A stretch of 64,000 bases of DNA from Bdellovibrionales bacterium (GTDB taxonomy: Bacteria; Bdellovibrionota; Bdellovibrionia; Bdellovibrionales; JAMPXM01): contig JAYUEN010000029.1 of the NCBI GenBank assembly GCA_043739185.1, positions 1 through 64,000 on the forward strand, read 5' to 3'. The position numbers and the translations under genes are program-made. The notes under the pieces are model-generated. The model had not been told where the DNA came from. It saw nothing but the letters and a program-made list of their open reading frames with translations, and searched no databases. Positions 59,760 to 64,000 of the stretch are shown here, in pieces (position 1 is the first letter of the stretch; every line of letters starts with the position of its first letter).

Positions 59760-61676
59760 ATGGCCAAACAAACTCAGTCGTTCAATGCAGAAATTAAACA
59801 ATTATTAGACTTGATGATTCACTCTCTTTATTCGCATAAAGAGATTTTTTTAAGAGAGCTGATCTCAAATTCATCTGATGCAATTGATAAACTTAAATTT
59901 GAAGCATTAACCAATCCGCAATTGGTTACAGAAGGTCATGCCTATCAAATTCGTCTTGAAGCAGATGCAACTGCAAAAACCTTGAAAATCATCGATTCAG
60001 GAATCGGAATGAGTAAAGATGAAGTCGTTGATTATATCGGAACCATCGCACGTTCTGGGACCAAAAAATTTGCACAATTAAATGAAGAGCTTAAAAAACG
60101 TCCGGAACTTATAGGCCAATTCGGCGTAGGCTTTTACTCCTCTTTTATGGTTGCCGATCGCGTGACTTTGCATACTCAAAAAGCCGGCTCAACAATGGGC
60201 GCGGTGTGGGAATCTAGCGGTGACGGCACCTATAGTATCGACGAAGTGCCAAGACCAAATGGTACAGGTACCACCATTACCCTTCATTTGAAAACTTTTG
60301 CCGAAGAAGAAGAAGTTCAAGATTTTAGCGATGAATATGTTTTGAAGTCTTTAATCAAAAAATATTCTGACTTCATTGCCTATCCGATCTTAATGAAAAC
60401 CTCTAAGACTGAGCCCGCCGCTGAAAATGCTGAGCCGGTCATCACCATTGAAGACGAAACCTTAAATAGCCAAAAAGCACTTTGGTTGAAATCAAGTTCT
60501 GAAATCACTGAAGATGAATACAAAGAGTTTTACAAACACCTTACCCATGATTGGAATGATCCAATCAAGCACGCTCATTTTCGTGCCGAAGGAACTCTTG
60601 AATTCAATGCCTTACTTTATCTTCCGGGCAAAAAACCATGGAACTATAATACCAAAGAGGGCGATTATGGTCTGAGCCTTTATGTAAAACGTGTTTTCAT
60701 TATGTCCGACTGCAAAGATTTGGTTCCCAGCTATCTGCGTTTTGTAAAGGGAATGGTCGATAGCTCAGATCTTTCACTCAATGTCTCCCGCGAACTTCTG
60801 CAACACGATCGTCAGGTCACACAAATTCGCAAAAGTATCACCACCAAAGTTTTGTCTTTGTTAAAAGATCTTTTGACAAAAGATCGTACAACCTATGAAA
60901 ACTTTTGGACTGAATTTGGCTCTACTTTAAAAGAAGGCATTCCAAACGATTCTGGCAATAAAGAGAAGATTCAGGATCTTTTATTATTTCACACCACGGC
61001 TTCTGACAAATTGACGACTTTAGAAGACTATGTAGGACGCATGAAAGAGGCCCAAAAGAATATATTTTTCATGACTGGCGATAGCCTTTCGCAAATCACC
61101 AACAGTCCTTATTTAGAAAAATTAAAAGAGAAAAACTATGAAGTTCTCCTCTTAGTTGATCCGGTTGATGAATGGGTCACCGAGAGTCTTCGTGATTACA
61201 AAGGCACGCAATTGCAGTCGATCACAAAAACCGGCCTTGAGTTAGATTCTCCTGAAGAGAAACTAAAAAAAGAAGAGGACAAAAAGAAGGCCGAAGAAAA
61301 ATTCAAGCCGCTTATCGAAAATTTGAAAAAGTGTCTTGAAAAAGAAGTTAAGGACATCGTGATTTCGGATCGCTTGACTGAAACTCCAGTTTGCTTAGTC
61401 AGCGGACAACAGGATTTATCGGCCCATATGCAAAAAATTCTGTCGCAAGTTGGCGGCGCTTCTCAAGCCATGAGCAAACGTATTTTAGAAATAAATCCTC
61501 AGCATCCGTTGTTTGAACGCATGCTCGAATTGTCAGAGGAAAACCAAAAGAAATGGGCCGAGATTCTTTATGGTCAGGCACTTTTGACTGAGGGCTCGCA
61601 TTTGACCGATCCCGCAAAGTTTTCGCGCCAAATCGCAGACCTTATGATGGCTGCCTCGCAAAATAAAATTCAATAG
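59760..61676 (+). CDS. htpG: Chaperone HtpG (Hsp90)
   Basis: YSHKEIFLRELISN, IGQFGVGFYS and LNVSRE motifs. Confidence 0.97.
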   Translation: MAKQTQSFNAEIKQLLDLMIHSLYSHKEIFLRELISNSSDAIDKLKFEALTNPQLVTEGHAYQIRLEADATAKTLKIIDSGIGMSKDEVVDYIGTIARSGTKKFAQLNEELKKRPELIGQFGVGFYSSFMVADRVTLHTQKAGSTMGAVWESSGDGTYSIDEVPRPNGTGTTITLHLKTFAEEEEVQDFSDEYVLKSLIKKYSDFIAYPILMKTSKTEPAAENAEPVITIEDETLNSQKALWLKSSSEITEDEYKEFYKHLTHDWNDPIKHAHFRAEGTLEFNALLYLPGKKPWNYNTKEGDYGLSLYVKRVFIMSDCKDLVPSYLRFVKGMVDSSDLSLNVSRELLQHDRQVTQIRKSITTKVLSLLKDLLTKDRTTYENFWTEFGSTLKEGIPNDSGNKEKIQDLLLFHTTASDKLTTLEDYVGRMKEAQKNIFFMTGDSLSQITNSPYLEKLKEKNYEVLLLVDPVDEWVTESLRDYKGTQLQSITKTGLELDSPEEKLKKEEDKKKAEEKFKPLIENLKKCLEKEVKDIVISDRLTETPVCLVSGQQDLSAHMQKILSQVGGASQAMSKRILEINPQHPLFERMLELSEENQKKWAEILYGQALLTEGSHLTDPAKFSRQIADLMMAASQNKIQ

Positions 61677-61693
61677 CGAGCGCTAACATCAAT

Positions 61694-61721
61694 GCTGTCC
61701 GGAGTCTCATCTCTGGACAGC
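61694..61721 (+). terminator. Hairpin after htpG
   Basis: GCTGTCCGGAG...CTCTGGACAGC stem, no clear U-tract. Confidence 0.45.
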
Positions 61722-61749
61722 GCTCCGAAATTGAGATCTAATCTTTCAA

Positions 61750-62721
61750 ATGCGAATTTTACTTTCATTGATTATTATATTGGTATGCCGTTTTGCATTT
61801 GCAGAATTGTGTAATCCCGATCAGCAGTTTTGTGCGAATGACCATCATCATTCAAGTTCAAGTAGCAATCATCCAACTTCAAGTAGCCGCTTTAATTTCA
61901 ATCCTTCAACCGTTCCTATTAGTCGAGGCCTTGGCTTAGAATTTATTTTTTTTAAAGGTACTGACTTCGCGTTGGTGACCGGGACTGGTCGAATTGGCGC
62001 TGCGATTTCGCCTTCAAATAGTGATGAAACCTTTTTCGGGGCTGCTGCTTTTGAATCGACCTATGATTTTCAAAACCGAAAGATGAACCAAACAAAGTAT
62101 GCTTCACAAAAATATACCTTGGCCACCGCTTTTAATATTTATAATAATGAAGAGAGTGGCTTGAGCCATCTCGCTCTTAATCTTGGGGTGATGGCAAAAT
62201 ACAATACCGTCAGCCAGTCGATCTCGCCTGGTGGGGGCCTTAGCGGTCTTATGGGTCCTTTGAGTTTTAGTTATGCGGTTTTTCGCGATGAAAGCGATGT
62301 CGATTTAAATTATTATATTGTTGGTGGCAAAGAAAAAGACCTTTACCAAGTTGCAACCTATTCACTTGGCCTATCACTCGGCAGCCTCTCATTAGACTAT
62401 TCAGTATTTAGCTTAAGCTTGAACGATCAACAATTCTCAAATGGAGGCCTGCCCTACTTATCCGACGCTTATCCTGCAACCATTTCAGTGGCAACCGCAA
62501 CGCTCTTTTATCAAAGACTCATTATGACTCTCGCGGCTCGCAAAGAAGACTCCGACCGACCTGCTTACGATTATAGTACGCAATCCTTGTCTACCCAAAG
62601 AATTAAGAATGAGAATTTCGGATCTCTACAATGGGTTGCCTCGCAACACTTGTTTTTGGGTGCATTTTATAATTACTATTTGTTACGCGAACTTTCATTT
62701 GGACTGACCTTATTTTTTTAA
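61750..62721 (+). CDS. Putative outer-membrane beta-barrel protein
   Basis: Signal peptide, amphipathic strands, C-terminal Phe. Confidence 0.65.
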   Translation: MRILLSLIIILVCRFAFAELCNPDQQFCANDHHHSSSSSNHPTSSSRFNFNPSTVPISRGLGLEFIFFKGTDFALVTGTGRIGAAISPSNSDETFFGAAAFESTYDFQNRKMNQTKYASQKYTLATAFNIYNNEESGLSHLALNLGVMAKYNTVSQSISPGGGLSGLMGPLSFSYAVFRDESDVDLNYYIVGGKEKDLYQVATYSLGLSLGSLSLDYSVFSLSLNDQQFSNGGLPYLSDAYPATISVATATLFYQRLIMTLAARKEDSDRPAYDYSTQSLSTQRIKNENFGSLQWVASQHLFLGAFYNYYLLRELSFGLTLFF

Positions 62722-63200
62722 ATTTCGTAATGCAGGCGAAGCGAGCAAATCGATACAGGTCCCCGATCGGAATTAAAAGCCGGATGTTGCACATATTGAA
62801 AATCACCGGTCATATCCAAAGCTTTTGTAATATTAAAAAGATAATAAATTTCGGCAATTTCTTCAGGCGCATAGTTCAACTTTCCGTCCCCAATCAGAAA
62901 TCCGATACCTCCAGCTGAAAGATAGTCTCGATGATCTTGGCTCAAACCATTGATTAAAAGCGCAAAGGCTAAATTATCTGTAGGCCTACGCCATGAAGTT
63001 CCTTTCAAACTTAATCCGAAGCTCAGCGATTGGTCGATTTCAGTAAAATTCCAGGTTTCAGTCTTTCCGTCATCCCAAGAAGCTCTTAAAAATCCGCCCC
63101 ATTCGCTACTAAAGTTTTGTTCTGAATTGATGCCCAACCCGTACTTAATACTTAAGACGCGGGCCTTGGTGATGTCCATATTGTACGCCGGCGGAATGCC
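62718..63200 (-). pseudogene. C-terminal fragment of an OprB-family carbohydrate/metal porin
   Basis: KYGLGINSEQ, DGKTETWNFTEID, GDGKLNY and PAFNSDRGPV..LRLHYEI motifs; no signal peptide or N-terminal part. Confidence 0.7.
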
Positions 63201-63250
63201 CGACTCAGAAGTCTTCCAGATTTTACCAACTAAAAAACGAAAGAATCCAT

Positions 63251-64000
63251 CTAAGCTTCGGCGAGACTCTTGATATGATTTAAGACTCTCATATGAATAT
63301 TATGAATAAAGTAGCGGCCATACCATTGCCAATACCATCCCGGATGAATATCCATTTCATACCAAGTGCGACCCTCGAGAAGAGTTTTCCCGTTGGGAAG
63401 TGAAATCAATCTAAACTCCCCTCGTACCGAGCGAAAATATCCATTGAGATGAGGGGCATCGACATGATCATAAAAAGAAAGCTCCCTCATTGGTGGCGGC
63501 TGATATTGGACATCAAAGGCCAAACGATTTGGTTCGCTCCATAAAGTGATTGGTTCGACAAATGCTCCAGTTGAAAATTCGCATCTCCGAACCGCTCCCA
63601 CGCCCTGCCCTGCAATTCGTGCTCGTACCGGGTAAGAGACGCCCAATCTAAAAAGCCAATCGCTAGGTTGAGTTGGAGGCAAATCTGAAAACTGAATGAC
63701 ATTTGGCCAAACTTTTTCAGGTGGCACAGAAATCTCAACACTTGATAAAACCATATCGGAGTGTGCGCTCTGTCCAAAGTGCGCTTCTGAAAATGCCATA
63801 ATCGGTAATACGAAAACTAAAAATACCGGGGTCGCGGTTTGCGGTTTTCCGTAACTTGCGATTCCTTTACCTAATATTCCGCCTAAGACTGCAAGAACAA
63901 TACTTATAGGCAGTGACATGGCCAAACAAATTATTCCTTCGAGTGCAAAAAGTAAGAGAAGTAGGTGAATCAAGATTACTGTAAGCGCCACAGGCCAAAT
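63251..64000 (-). CDS. Membrane protein with SRPBCC/polyketide-cyclase domain (5' end probably outside window)
   Basis: EGIICLAMSLP TM region; PPEKVW, GVGAVRRCEFSTG and TLLEGRTWY motifs. Confidence 0.8.
   Translation of the reverse strand: MWPVALTVILIHLLLLLFALEGIICLAMSLPISIVLAVLGGILGKGIASYGKPQTATPVFLVFVLPIMAFSEAHFGQSAHSDMVLSSVEISVPPEKVWPNVIQFSDLPPTQPSDWLFRLGVSYPVRARIAGQGVGAVRRCEFSTGAFVEPITLWSEPNRLAFDVQYQPPPMRELSFYDHVDAPHLNGYFRSVRGEFRLISLPNGKTLLEGRTWYEMDIHPGWYWQWYGRYFIHNIHMRVLNHIKSLAEA

Overview
A gene-dense, AT-rich bacterial chromosome segment. Gene content (TIGR02147-type protein, CPAF-like protease, solitary Tad-domain protein, many orphan secreted proteins, sigma28-like motifs) suggests a Bdellovibrionota-like organism; this is an inference. 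Core genes: clpX (partial), clpP, pepA, tig, gshA, an ArsA/Get3-like ATPase pair, FAA hydrolase/maiA, a complete A2-type caa3 cytochrome oxidase cluster, nagZ/amgK/murU-type peptidoglycan recycling genes, tRNA-Asn, an NsrR-like regulator with a matching operator, a two-RND efflux locus and htpG. The most striking accessory feature is at 4129-4997. Two diverged four-helix-bundle (IVS/Avd-like) genes sit head-to-head around a perfect 47-bp inverted repeat. The pair is bracketed by two directly oriented copies of a structured GC-rich element, and a gene-free copy of that element lies at 14694-14780. Other oddities: an ACG start (a probable mutated ATGA overlap) for the second ArsA gene, a secreted protein of four Cys4 domains joined by Gly/Asn/Pro repeats, an acyltransferase-cNMP fusion divergent from TolC, and two apparent pseudogenes. 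No CRISPR array, integrase, transposase or reverse transcriptase was seen. All family calls come from motif recognition by eye, not database searches.
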